Source of the DNA: Diplonema japonicum | Lineage: Eukaryota; Protista; Euglenozoa: Diplonemea | Reading direction: 5' to 3' | Assembly (NCBI GenBank): GCA_964019335.1 | Contig: OZ025679.1 | Location: forward strand, 372,001-436,000 | DNA length: 64,000 bases | Shown: positions 22,462 to 34,380 of the stretch, piece after piece | Layout of the letters: every line of letters starts with the position of its first letter | Numbering within the stretch: position 1 is the stretch's first letter | Notes under the pieces: generated by a model | What the model was told of the DNA's origin: nothing | What the model saw: only the letters and a program-made list of their open reading frames with translations | The model's database searches: none | Position numbers and translations under genes: made by a program

Positions 22462-24294
22462 ACATTATGGCAACATCAACACCAACACTATCATCGACGT
22501 CCAGTGCGTCCTCGAGGTTGAACCCCGGGCAACGCTGCCACATGGGGGGTGGTGGTAGCGGCGAAGGCTCCGGCCGCGGGACGGGAACGGGAAGCGAGGT
22601 GGGCAAGGCGAAGGCGGAGCTTCAGGCGAAGCTGGGAGAAGGGTTCTCGATCAAAGACTTCTCCAAGACGGAGGGAGACTGCCTCTACGAGGCGACATCA
22701 GTAGCGATCCATCAGGGCACCTCTGCTGGATCGGCCTTGAGCTGGTGGCTAGCCACCTAGCATCAACCGACAACAGTGCACTGCTGTATGCCCCCGAGCG
22801 CTACGGGGAATATGTGCAAGCAGTGAAGGACGGAGCGTGGGGGGACATCCTGCAGCTCCTCGCGCTCAGCGTGGTGTGCCGGCGCCACCTGGCCTGCTAC
22901 CAGGTGAAGGACGGGGAGCTGCGATCGGGTGGGCAGCACAGGCGGTGCGTGTACTGGCGAGTGGCAGAAAAACCTGCACATGGCTGGTAGCGTCGGAGGC
23001 TGAACCACCAGGCCTCATGTTCGAGAGCGGCGACGAGCAGTGGCTGATCCGGCCGCACGGTGCGGAAGGAGACCTCCTGAAGCACTCCACGTGGGGGAGC
23101 AAGGGTGGGGCAAAGAAGCCAGCACGTAAGCCTCCCCTCCACCTGCGACCAAGAACAAGACGAGCGACTTCCCACCCCTGCGGAAGTGGCGACCTGGGAC
23201 TGCATCAGAACATACTGCGCCCTCTGGAGACGATGTACGAATCCCTCAGACGGAGGTTCAAGTGGGTGACGAGTTCGCTACGTCGAACGGCATTCTGCAG
23301 GGGTGCCCGATCTCGGTGGTGATGGTGAACGCGCTGGTAGGGGTGATGGTGAAGGCCATCATGACGGAGGTGCCCGGCGCTGATTCCCTGTCATACGCGG
23401 ACGACGTCTACTTGATAGCAGCTCTGCTCAGCGCGCTGGAGAAGGCGGCAGCGGGGGTGTGCGAGTTCTCTCTGCTGACAGGGATGAACCTCAACCTGAA
23501 GAAGACGGACATGTTTACAACGGCAGAGCACGGAACGGTGAAGTGCGGACGTGAGGTGCTCACAGCCAAAAAGGAGATCAGCGTCCTGGGAGTCCGGGTA
23601 TGTATGGACGGCGAGCACAGGGCGAAGCCCCTTGAGGCGATGGGACGCGCTTGAGACTGGCCGCCATGCCGCTGGGGTTCACACAGAAGGCGAGGATCCT
23701 CACCAGCTCCATTCTCCCCTCCTGCCTCTACGGTGTTGCCATGCACCCCCCTCGAAAATGGATGCGGGTACAATCCGAGCGAGTGTTGCGACGTGCCTCT
23801 GGGGACCGAAGTTCAAGATGCGCTCGCCGTGTGCTGTTGCGAACGTCTTGCTGCCAGGGCACACGACGGACCCGCTGGTGGTGACGCTTTACCGACTGCT
23901 GTGCACAGTGGTGAAGGTAGGCGGGTCGGATACGGAGCTGTGAGACCGGATGGGGAGGTGTGGCGGGCGGTCGTGACGGGGAGGGCGCACCCGACGCCGA
24001 CGGTGTCTGAGAGAACCTGTACCACGCTGATGGCAGAGGGGTAGCGTTACCAGCGGCGCGAGTGGAGCGCGTCAACTCCCTACGCTGTATCGGAGGACCG
24101 ACCACACACGGGTATGACAGGAGGCCAGTACTCCCGGAACGAACCATGAGTAGCATCGAAGGCTTGCGGGACAGGTACCTGTCGCAGACACCGACAAGGC
24201 TGCCCCGCAGTTTGACCACCGCAGTAGGAACCCGCCAGAGCCCGAACGGGGACAACGGGGACTAAGCGCAGCTCGGCCGGTGAGCACGCATACC
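22462..24294 (+). mobile_element. Internally deleted non-LTR-type retroelement with OTU protease and reverse transcriptase remnants
   Basis: GC-rich block flanked by direct repeat TTAAAAGAA (22453-22461, 24295-24303); OTU-like GDCLYEA and YVQAVKDGAWGDILQLLAL; RT motifs GILQGCPIS and YADD; frames broken by stops and frameshifts. Confidence 0.85.
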
Positions 24295-24386
24295 TTAAAA
24301 GAATAGTTTTTTTTTTTTTTCTTTCTCCCCTCAAATTTTTTTACGTTGTTGTTTCGTTGCATGCTGTCTGCATAGAAAAAAAGAAG

Positions 24387-25744
24387 ATGGCGGAGTGGCG
24401 GTACCCTTCGGAGGTTATTAAAAATGGAGACCAAACGTTCGAATTGTTAAATCAGAAATGGGTGGCAGGGCGTGTGGCCATCACGGTGAGGGAGGTCGGC
24501 GAGACGGAAGTACACAGCGGTATGGTGTACGCGGCTAACGACGAGGGAGCAGCGGTGGAGATCGAGGTGCTGCAGCAAATGTCCAACGCGCACTGTGTAA
24601 GCTACGAAATGCACTGGCAGGACGAACGGTTCGCCTATGTGCTGACAAACCAGAAGTCGCAGGTGGGTTTAACTGATAAACCTGACATCCCCCACGACTC
24701 CGTACCTGGAGTTTTCATTCAAATGCTGTATGCCTTGTCTCACCTGCACTCCTTGGGCTACGCGCATTGCTCTCTGGTACCGGCTTCCTTCTCAATCACA
24801 CCGCTTCACTCAGTACAGCTCTGTTCCTTTTACAGCGCACAGCACCTGACAGGCGCACTGCGCAAGGAGGACATTGCCGACTTATCATCAGTCTTGCAGA
24901 GGCTGTACAACGGGAAGCCCCCTGACACGGCAAAGAAGCTCGTCTCGCTTATGGTGCAGCACGCACCGCAATATTCGGATATTATGAAATCGGAGTACAT
25001 CATGTCCTATGTGTCGAAGGCGACCGTTACCTTCGTGCCACATGCGAAGCATAAGTACGTTGCGGTATGTTAAGCGAGAATTTTTGGATTTTACACACAG
25101 AGCATTGCGATACCTGGGTCGCAGCCGTTTACCGTTCCGTTACCTGGAGCGCACGTTGACGGGCTTGTTGGGTTGCTTCTCTCCTCTCAAATGCAAGATG
25201 ACGCTCCTGTCATCGACTTCACAATGCTTCAAGGAGGGAAGGCCGTTCCGAAGGCTAACCCGGAAAAATCGAAAAAATCAAAAAAATCTGCGTCCAGTAT
25301 GACGCAGATGAAGCTCGATTTCAGTAAAGGAACGCCGACGAAACCAGCACCGGATTCAGAGACGGAGGAAGACGTTGGTCAAAGTAACGGAGTGTCTGAT
25401 AAGCCTGCGAAGAAAGTTAAAACCTTGGCCCCTGTGGAGAAGAAACAAAAGACGACGGAAAAGCAGAAAAGAGATGACCCGCCAGCTGGGTCCGTCGAAC
25501 GAAAACGGAAGTGGGCAACGCTTAGCAACGACGACTGTTCGATCGTGTGGAGCCTCGCCAACTGCTACGCCTCAGGGGGAGATTGGAAGAAGCTCAAGAA
25601 GCTTCGCCCTGAAGGGTTTTACAGGTATTCCTTTTACCCTTCCCAGAACAAAAAAAAAAAAAAAAAAAAAAAAACAGTTCGCGTCTCGTCGAGAAACGGC
25701 TGCGGTACGCCCTCACCGTTGCAGTGCACAGACAAGGGGAGTAA
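24387..25744 (+). CDS. Pseudokinase with low-complexity C-terminal region, 3 exons
   Basis: Kinase C-lobe pattern QMLYALSHLHSLGYAHCSL..VQLCSF (HRD->HCS, DFG->SFY); introns 25065-25100 and 25625-25677 join the ORFs in frame. Confidence 0.75.
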
Positions 25745-25851
25745 ACGAATATCTTCCCCCCCTTTTCTCTTTTTTTTTTCTTTACAAAATATCACTCCAA
25801 GAAGGGGAAAAAAAAAAAGAAAAAAAACACATCCACTAAAAAAAAAACCAA

Positions 25852-27216
25852 ATGCAAAAGGTTAGAATAAAGCGGCCGCGCAAACGACGGCACCTCTCGT
25901 GGATCGTGGTGTATATTATATCCCTGTTGATAGGCGGCGGTGCGTATTATGGATTGTACAAAGAGAAAGAAGAGAACAGAGAGCTTCTAACAGCAAAGGG
26001 GAGGCATCTCATGCAAACAACCGACACACGAACACTCACCATGATAGAGGAAGACGACGGAAGCGACGACCCATACCCCAAAGTGTTCTTCAGCAAGGAA
26101 GACATGCGTAATGGTGCGGTGGTTCTATGCCTTGCTGGAGTGCTGTATATGTTTGCGGCCCTGGCAATCGTATGCGACGATTACTTTGTCCCGGCTCTCG
26201 AGGTCATTATAGAAACCCTCGATCTGAGCGAAGATGTTGCAGGAGCGACATTCATGGCTGCAGGAGGGTCTGCCCCGGAGCTGTTCACATCGTTCATAGG
26301 GGTATTTGTCGCGAAATCCAACGTAGGATTCGGGACAATTGTCGGTTCCGCCGTTTTCAACATTTTATTTGTAATCGGTTGTTGTGCGGTTGCCACCAGA
26401 CATCTTGACCCACGAGGCCTTCCGTTGACCTGGTGGCCGCTCTTCCGCGATTCCTTATTTTACTCTGTCGCGTTGTTCATGCTGTACATGTTTTATTGGG
26501 ACAAGAAAATCGAATTTTACGAAGCGGCCCTCCTTCTTGTTCTGTACGCGTGTTACGTTCTCTTCATGAACGTCAACGAACGGTACAAGAAACGGGCATG
26601 GGAAGTAACAGGCATGCGATGGAACGAGCTCGCCACGGAAATGGTAAAATCCGAAGAATCTAAAATGAAAGCCCCGACGAGCATAGCCATCGAAGAGGAA
26701 CCTGATGAAGACGACGACGGCGGCCCATGGGAAGCGAAATTTCCGACCGACGGAAGCTTGTGGGAAAAAGTATCGTTTATTTTATTTTTCCCGCTGAATT
26801 TTCTGTTGTCGAGCACGGTTCCAAACTGCAGTTTGGAGGAGAAGAAGAAGTACTACGTGCTGGCGTTCCTTCTGTCGATTTTGTGGATCGCGATTTTTGC
26901 GTATTTCATGGTGTGGTGGGCTGAGGTGTCTTCTAAGGCGTTGGGTATCCCCTCTGAGGTTATGGGGTTCACGGTACTTGCTGCAGGAACCTCCGTCCCA
27001 GATCTCATCACCTCTGTGATTGTCGCGAAGAAAGGTCTGGCGGACATGGCGGTTTCTTCGTCGATCGGGTCGAATATGTTCGATGTCACCTTCGGGCTGC
27101 CGTTGCCGTGGGCGATAAAGTCCATGACCACTGGGTTCGATGCCGTTGACGTCGATTCAAAATCGTTGGGCGCATCGGTAATAATGCTGTTTGTGATGTA
27201 TGTTAAAGGGGAAGGG

Positions 27217-27263
<47 letters not shown>

Positions 27264-27454
27264 TTGTTTACAACCGTCGCTGCCATTGCTGGCTTTGGTT
27301 GGAGGCTCAACGTTGCCCTAGGTGGGACCAGTATGGTGTTGTACATAGTGTTTGTGGTATGGTGGGGGGAGAGAGGAAAAAAAAAAAAAATAATAAATAA
27401 AATAAAATAAAATAGACGTTTTCGTTGCTGATCGAGTATGATGTTATTGGGTAG
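25852..27454 (+). CDS. K+-dependent Na+/Ca2+ exchanger (SLC24/NCKX family), 3 exons
   Basis: alpha-1 repeat GATFMAAGGSAPELFTS and alpha-2 repeat LAAGTSVPDLITS..SSIGSNMFD; introns 27198-27262, 27357-27415. Confidence 0.93.
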
Positions 27455-28879
27455 GAAAAGAGACAAAAGAGGACCGGGAAAAGAAAAGATTTGGTGTTGA
27501 GGGGAAAAAAAAAAAATTTTGTCCCCCCTTTTTTTTTTTCCCCTCCGGGATTATGATTTTTTTTTTGTTTTCCTTCAACAATGCAAAAACCTTTTTTTTT
27601 TTGCAACACGTCCAAAAAAAAAAAAAACCAAGCCCTTTTATGTGGTGCATAAATATCCCCCCCCCCCTCCCCCCATCATCCCGAGGAAAGCGTTCTTTAA
27701 GAGAATTCAGGGTACCAATATTGTTTTTTATTTTTAATTCTCGAGAAATGAGCCTTCCGCTTATCTGATGACCCCCCCCCCCCAAATCTGCTCTCTGTAT
27801 CTCTCCTTTTTATTTATTTACTGTATCAGTTATTTACCCCCCCCCCCCCCCTCCCGTTCTGACCAGCTTTTAGAATACTGTCTAAGCACTGGTATGGAAT
27901 GGCTATCCCGTGCCCCCCCCCCCCCCCTTTGCGTGAGCTGGCATTTTATGTAATTACACTTTCTAAACAAGGCCTATTTCCGTTTAGATTCGTTACTCTA
28001 CACCAGTTTTTTTTTACCCCCCTCTTTTTTTATTCTGTTGGCTTTCTCTCTCCATATTCTTCTCCTCTCCCTTCGCCCTAAGGGGGGGGAGTGGTGGAAA
28101 GAAAAACATGAAATTAAAATCTTTTTAGAAAAAGAGAAAGAAACTGATTAAAAAAGCGGGGGAAAGAAAGGGGAAAAAAAAAAAAAAGTATCCACTTTGA
28201 TGTCGGGTAGTATAATTAAAAAAGAAAAGAAGAGGGAAAAAAAAAAAAAAAAAAAGAGAACAAGAATGGAGAGGGTGAATTCACTTACGCCTTTCACGAA
28301 AAGGAAAGAGGAAAAAAAAAAGGGGGAGAGGGGGAAGGCAATGGGTGGAATGCCCATTCCTCTTTTCCTTCTTTCGCTCCGTTTTCTCCTCCTCCCATCT
28401 CCCCCTCACCTCTAATCGTAGAATTGGAGAGTTGATTAAAGAAAAAAAGAAAGAAGAAAGAGTGGCACATTGATATCGGCACCAGTCTGTTTAATTGAAA
28501 AAAAAAAGAAAAACATCCCCTCCCCCCCCTCCTTTCGCGTGGTTTTCTTGTTGTTGGGAAAAAAAAAGAGGGGGGGGGGGGAAAGAAAATAAAATAAAGC
28601 GGCTCCGCTGGGAGGCATTTCATTGAAGCGCGTGTAGAAGCCTCGAGACTGTCGACAGGGGAGTTGCGGTACGAAAAGAAATCCCCACCCCCCCCCCCCC
28701 CCATGTAACAAAAAAGAAAAGTGCGAGGGTCTGACTACATTCGCAATATTAGGCTTTAAAAAAAAAATCACATTCCCGTATTTTCTTCGTTACCGTAAAT
28801 CTCTTTAATTATTCGTCCGGGAAGAAAATGGGGGGGGGGGGGGGAAATTGAAGAGATTTTACAGTAATTCGGATTTTTT

Positions 28880-29476
28880 TTTTATTTCACTCTTCAGAAA
28901 TTACTTCACGCACTGGGGGGGCCCATTACTTCCCGCTAAATCTCATTACTTCACGGTGAAATAATGGCCTGTTTTCCGTGAAGTAATAGGGGTTTCCGTT
29001 AAATAATATGCCTCGGTAGGCCAATTTTTGCCTCGGTTCGGTTCCCAGTGGGGCTACTTTTTCCTCTCAGTTTGCTATTTCCCCCCAGGTTCAGCTCAAT
29101 TGGCCAACTTTTGCCTCGGCTCAGTTCCAAGTTGGACTACTTTTTCCTCCCAATTTGCCCACTTTTGGCTAGGCCTTGTTCCCAGTTTCTGTGGGTAACT
29201 CTTCTGTGGGTAAGGGTAACTTAGTCAGCTTACCCAAGCACCCCAAAAGACTTCAAAATACCGAAGCAGCAGAAAAAGCGGCCGCGCTAGGTATGGGAAG
29301 GCCTGATTAGAGATGGTGACAGTGGCAATGCCAGCGACAGCGGCAGCTCTTAGTAGTCAACAAAAGGAGGAAAAACAACTTGTATTGTAACCTTTGTAAC
29401 CCCTCTCTTGTTGTACCCCTTGTCACCCTGTTGTGCCCCTCGTGGTGAAGTAATTTCAGAGTGTCGTGAAATAAAA
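28880..29476. mobile_element. Putative non-autonomous TIR element with subterminal ATTACTTC repeats
   Basis: TTTTATTTCAC..GAAATTACTTCAC (28880-28909) inverted at 29445-29476; ATTACTTC-like motifs in both orientations; internal ~57-bp imperfect direct repeat (29019, 29102); no TSD found. Confidence 0.55.
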
Positions 29477-29485
29477 CCACTTACC

Positions 29486-29608
29486 TACCGCCAAGTAATG
29501 ACTTTACCGACCTCTCGGTTCCGCATTTTACCATCTCGGGCCCTGCGGGCCCTCGACGGTAAAATGCGGAACCTCGAGGTAACGGTAAAGTCATTACTTG
29601 TTGGCAGT
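29486..29608. repeat. ~120-bp imperfect palindrome (fold-back)
   Basis: AAGTAATGACTTTACCG..GGTTCCGCATTTTACC..GGGCCC / GGGCCC..GGTAAAATGCGGAACC..CGGTAAAGTCATTACTT. Confidence 0.85.
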
Positions 29609-29870
29609 AAATAGCTATTTTTTTTTTTTTTTTTTTTTTTTTTCAATGTGAGCACCCCCTGCACACTGAAAAAACTTTCAGAAGCAAGCAACACGAAGGG
29701 GAAAGAAAAAAAAAAAAAATCATAATAGGGTATTTTCCTTGCTCTGGTGGCTTTTTTTTTTTTTTTTTTTTTTTTAAATCAGGGTAGCTTGAGAAATCTT
29801 ACAGTTATTCAGAAATTTGAAAAAAAGAAAAGTATTATTCAACACCAAGGCTGCCCCACCCCCTTTTTTT

Positions 29871-29914
29871 GTAGAGACAAGGGGACGTTCCAAAAACAAG
29901 AACCTCCTTTGTCT
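29871..29914. repeat. Conserved hairpin, copy 1
   Basis: GTAGAGACAAGGGGACGTTCCAAAAACAAGAACCTCCTTTGTCT; near-identical copy at 34336-34380. Confidence 0.8.
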
Positions 29915-30161
29915 TCTCTTCTTTTTTTTTTTCTTCTTCTTTCTAGAATCCGTCCGTCGTCTTATCACGTCACGTTACTAACGGTAAATAGCGGGGTGTG
30001 TTTTTTTTTTTTTTTTTTTTTTTTTTTCTTTTTTTTTTTTTTTTGTACGGTTCACAAAAAGAAAGGGAAGGCAGTGAAATCTGGGGAGTGAAACGATACT
30101 CTTTTTTTTTTTCACTGCCCCCCTCCCACACACAAACACACGCAATAGCAATAACAACCGA

Positions 30162-30195
<34 letters not shown>

Positions 30196-30423
30196 ACGCT
30201 TTCCTATCTTTAAAGTAATTGTTGGTAGGGAGATAATAATAATAAAAAGAAAATATTGAGAACGAAAAGAGAAAAAAAAGAAAAAAAAAAAAAAAAAGAC
30301 GGCTTAGAAAAGTGAATGATATCTGTATGTCTCGTGTAGTACATAGCTATATTTTTTTTTTGTCTTTCTTCTTCTAAAAAACCAAAACACTTGATTCCTC
30401 CCCCTGGAAGAAAGAAAGAGAAA

Positions 30424-30915
30424 ATGTCCGCAAGAGACGATGACAGTGCGTGCAGCTCAGAGGGAGAGGAGGATGTTGTTGCTGATTTGGAGTCGAGGCC
30501 GGTAAGGGTCTCGTACTGCCCTGCATGCAGTTTCCCCGCAGAGTACTGCGAGTTCAGCGGTAAGCTTGAGGCCTGTAAGCCTTGGCTGGAGGAGCAAATG
30601 GTTCAAGTGCAAAACTTAAAAGAAAAAGGTAAGGTTAAGAAGAAGACGGAAGAGGGCGTCAAGGAGCTCCCGGGCGGGAAAAAGAAGAAGAAAACACTGC
30701 AAGAGGTGCTGGTCTCTGTGAACAAACGGGGCGGAAGAAAACACATCACTAACGTCAAAGGGATGGACATGTTTGGTATGACCCCCAAAATTTAAAAAAA
30801 AAAAAAATACCCAGGTCACAAACTAGACGAAATTGCGAAGGCTTTCAAAAAAAGTCTTTCATGCGGGGCTTCTGTTATCTCACTTCCTGGGCAGCCGGAT
30901 AGTATTGACATTCAG

Positions 30916-30951
<36 letters not shown>

Positions 30952-31060
30952 ATAGGGAGACGTTCAGGATACGTTGCTGGAAAGACTGCCTACCAAATTC
31001 AAAGTGCCAAAGGAGCTCATATTCAAAATGGTTGACAAGCAGAAGGTGCCTGCTTTTTGA
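30424..31060 (+). CDS. DENR: Density-regulated protein / Tma22 (SUI1-domain reinitiation factor), 3 exons
   Basis: VSYCPACSFPAEYCEF, KELPGGKKKKK, KRGGRKHITNVKG, SCGASV, IDIQ|GDV; introns 30776-30814, 30916-30955. Confidence 0.92.
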
Positions 31061-31258
31061 TTCCCCCCCCCCCACCTTTTTTTCCCCCTACCCCCCATTT
31101 CATACTGCCCCCTTTCCCAAAAGAATCAAACAAGAAAGTACGCACACCCCCCTTTTTTTTGTTTTTTTATTAGTGTTTTATGGTATTGCAGTATGTACGG
31201 AGAAAAGATAAAAAAAGGAAAAAACCCCATCACCTCACAGGATGAGCCTTCGGGGGAT

Positions 31259-34201
31259 ATGGAATATTTCGAGGCAACAAGGATAGGTGATGAATATGCG
31301 GTGATCCCGTCGCCGCCGCCACCGCCAGCCGTGTCGGAGAGGGTTGCAGCGACACCCAGCTCAACGCGGCTCAAGAGGGTGTGGACCCCAGACCACACCC
31401 CGAAGAAACATGTAGGAACGATAGATAACCTGCACAAGCAGCTGCGAGCAATCATCGAGGGAGCAAGGATGAACATGTCCAACCTAACACCATCGATGGT
31501 CGAAGGGTACCTCAAGGCGCTTTCCCAAGGGGTTGCCATAGCGTGCACCCAAAAACCCCCTTCTTACAATCTTGCACGCGATGTGCTCAAGACGACTGAA
31601 GCAACGCTTGCAGCCGACGGTGTTCTTGGAAACCTACTGCAGGAGCCTGATAGGCTGAGGATGTGTGCACTGTACTACTCAACCTGCGCAGTGTTCTGCA
31701 AGCACATCGATGAGTGCGAAGAGGCTGCACGGTACTGCACACGCGCGCTGCGTCTCTTCCGGTCTCTCTCGGAGTCGCTTCCTACTGATGTTGCTGTTGC
31801 TGAGCTGAACCTTTCCGCTGTTCTTGGAAGGCTTAAACGGCACAAGCTAGCGGCGGACCATGCGCGCTCTGCAATTGTAACCCTCACCGGGCACCCCGAC
31901 ACCGGGCCTATGGCCGCAGTCGCTCATTACAACCTCGCAGTGGAGCTTCAGTACTGCAAGCAGCACACTGAAGCTCGTGAGGTCCTCGGACACGCTCTAA
32001 ACCTCTCCAAAAAGTACCTCAGCCCCTCCGAGCCCATTGCCATGGCCATCGCCGCGCTCTACACCAACAACGTGAAGCAGCGCCCCCCTACCCTTGCCAA
32101 CGTCAAGGCGATATCGAAGTCCTCGCCGGTCTCGGAGGCGGCAAGCCCTGCTGGCGGGACAACCCCAGGTCAAGCTCTGGTCACACCTACACCTACTATG
32201 GGTAGTGCTATAACCACTTTATCTTTCCCCAATTCAGCATCGCCCAGAGAGGCCACAGATGTGTTCGGTTGTTGGGATTCCCCAGACAGGAGCATCGCAG
32301 CCGGTGGGTCGTCTTTCCTCCCTCCTATTGGAAGCGGTCCTGACCAACCAGGGCCCGTGGCAGTGGCAGTGCCCCACCCACCGCAGGCAGGTGCGTCGAG
32401 CCACAGGAAGAAGTCGTCCCGACGCCGCCCGTCGTCACCCAACTCCGAGAGAAAGCCGTCCCGCAAAGCGTCGCAGCCGCAGATGGTGTTGAGAAACGTG
32501 ATCATGAGCAAGAATCTGTACGCACAGTCGTTTAAAAGAACGCAGAAGCACCTTGCTGTGCTCACCGCAGGGATCAACAAGGAGAGGAAACGGCGCGAGG
32601 CGGCTGCCGTGACCATACAGTGCGCGATGCGAAAGTGCAAAGCAAACCTCGAACTATACAACAGAAAGCAGCTCCTATACCAATGCATGCACGAGAAGCA
32701 CTCCTACATCACCAACCTGATCAAGGGAAAGATAAGATGCTGGAGAGCGCAGAGGTGGCTGGCGGAGAGAAAAGAAGAGATAAAAAACGCAAACGACCGC
32801 AGAGCGGATGAGGAAAGAGAACAAGACGCGGCAGCGACAAGAATAGCAAGGTACTGGAAAAGCTACTCCGCAAAAGAGAACAAGGCGTTGAAGGACCGAG
32901 TATTCGAGCAGGCGGTGATGGAAACAAGAATGAAGAAACTATCACAAAAATGCCTCAACATACAACGCTGGTGGCGGTGGGTAAGGCTAATAAAAAACTA
33001 CTGGCGAAGAAGAGGACGACAAGTCGCTATCGACATCGAGAACAGAAAACAATTTGAACGGGCTGAAAAGTCCGCTATCAAGCTCCAATCAGTATGGCGC
33101 GGCTGCCTCGGCCTCAGGGAGGCTAAACACCTCCGCCAAAGGCTCGAAAAGCAACACACAACGCGTCTCAAACAAATGCCCTACGCAACAGAAATAGTGA
33201 AATACGTTCTAAAATCCTGCATCATAAAAAAACGCAGAGAAAAGGAACAATCAGCACCGCCTGTTTCCCTCATTGTCGAAACGTGGAAGGCACAATCGGC
33301 TATCAAAGAGGACAACGACAACCAATACAAAAAATGGAAGCTCGACAAAGAAATTACCGCTGCAGAAACCATCCAACGTATGTACCGCTCACACCGAGGA
33401 CGTGCCAAGACGAACGTCGCACGTGCTTTGAACCACACACTACTCCGGAACCAGCAGAACGTCGAAGCGCAAAAAGACTGGAATGCCGTTGCCATACAGT
33501 GTTGGTGGAGGACTATGTCGGCGAAAAGAAGCCTTCAAGAACGCAAAGCCACCTTAGGAAGAACCATGATCGAGGCCATCTGGAAGCTTCAAAGGTGGTA
33601 CAGAGGAATATTCGACAAAAGACTATTGCTTGTGAAAAAAGAACAGAGACGTACCACGTTAGCAAACATGAAAGAAACTCTGGAAACAGAAGAAGATTCT
33701 GCGGCAAGACGGTTGCAGTGTGCGTGGGTCATGTGTCTAGCACGTCGACGATTCCGTGTAAGACGCGCAGAACACCAAGCTTGCAAAGAAATAGCACAAC
33801 GCCTCGCCGCCGTAGATCTCGTGAAGTACGACATTGCAGTTCTACTTCAAAGAATTGGTAAGGGCCATCTTGGGCGTTTGGATTTACGGATGTACGGGCT
33901 CAGCGCAAACTTTGCTGCAAAATGCATACAACTTACTTGGAAAGCATATAAAAGCCGCAAGATATTCCGGTCGAAAAAAGCATTCTATGAAACACGATTG
34001 CAAGAAATGTCCCTTCGGAAGCAGGTAGTACGCAGTTTGTTTCAGGACAGTTTCCCTGAACTGCTCGATCTTGAAGCGTCTGAGCGTGCGTTGGAGGTGG
34101 AAGAAGAGTACATCGCACGGGTTCATTTGTTTAGGTATATGCATGGTGAGTACGATGCAGACGATGAGGTTTGCTCTTCGACCTCTGGGTGTTATGATTA
34201 G
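31259..34201 (+). CDS. TPR and multiple IQ-motif (calmodulin-binding) protein
   Basis: Kinesin-light-chain-like TPRs (AVAELNLSAVLGRL; AVAHYNLAVEL) and many IQ-like motifs (IQRWWR, LQSVWRG, IQRMYRSHRGR). Confidence 0.82.
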   Translation: MEYFEATRIGDEYAVIPSPPPPPAVSERVAATPSSTRLKRVWTPDHTPKKHVGTIDNLHKQLRAIIEGARMNMSNLTPSMVEGYLKALSQGVAIACTQKPPSYNLARDVLKTTEATLAADGVLGNLLQEPDRLRMCALYYSTCAVFCKHIDECEEAARYCTRALRLFRSLSESLPTDVAVAELNLSAVLGRLKRHKLAADHARSAIVTLTGHPDTGPMAAVAHYNLAVELQYCKQHTEAREVLGHALNLSKKYLSPSEPIAMAIAALYTNNVKQRPPTLANVKAISKSSPVSEAASPAGGTTPGQALVTPTPTMGSAITTLSFPNSASPREATDVFGCWDSPDRSIAAGGSSFLPPIGSGPDQPGPVAVAVPHPPQAGASSHRKKSSRRRPSSPNSERKPSRKASQPQMVLRNVIMSKNLYAQSFKRTQKHLAVLTAGINKERKRREAAAVTIQCAMRKCKANLELYNRKQLLYQCMHEKHSYITNLIKGKIRCWRAQRWLAERKEEIKNANDRRADEEREQDAAATRIARYWKSYSAKENKALKDRVFEQAVMETRMKKLSQKCLNIQRWWRWVRLIKNYWRRRGRQVAIDIENRKQFERAEKSAIKLQSVWRGCLGLREAKHLRQRLEKQHTTRLKQMPYATEIVKYVLKSCIIKKRREKEQSAPPVSLIVETWKAQSAIKEDNDNQYKKWKLDKEITAAETIQRMYRSHRGRAKTNVARALNHTLLRNQQNVEAQKDWNAVAIQCWWRTMSAKRSLQERKATLGRTMIEAIWKLQRWYRGIFDKRLLLVKKEQRRTTLANMKETLETEEDSAARRLQCAWVMCLARRRFRVRRAEHQACKEIAQRLAAVDLVKYDIAVLLQRIGKGHLGRLDLRMYGLSANFAAKCIQLTWKAYKSRKIFRSKKAFYETRLQEMSLRKQVVRSLFQDSFPELLDLEASERALEVEEEYIARVHLFRYMHGEYDADDEVCSSTSGCYD

Positions 34202-34335
34202 AGAATGTTTTTTTGTTTTTGTTTTGTTTATAGTTTTCTTTCCCTTCTTTTTTTTTGGAGGATACTTTGAGAAAGGCAACACAGCCAAAAAAGAAAGAAA
34301 GGCCGAGGCCCCAGAAGGGAGAAAGGGGTAGATAA

Positions 34336-34380
34336 GTAGAGACAAGGGGGACGTTCCAAAACAGGAACCTCCTTTATCTC
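34336..34380. repeat. Conserved hairpin, copy 2
   Basis: GTAGAGACAAGGGGGACGTTCCAAAACAGGAACCTCCTTTATCTC. Confidence 0.8.

Noticed and set aside
29479-29487. ACTTACCT resembling the U1 snRNA 5' end
   Set aside because: Followed by a long palindrome rather than U1 stem-loops; 8-mer match is compatible with chance
30062-30122. AAAGGGAAGGCAGTGAAATCTG..CACTGCCCC resembling a cobalamin riboswitch core
   Set aside because: Better explained as a simple stem GGCAGTGAA/TTCACTGCC; B12-box and motif order are missing
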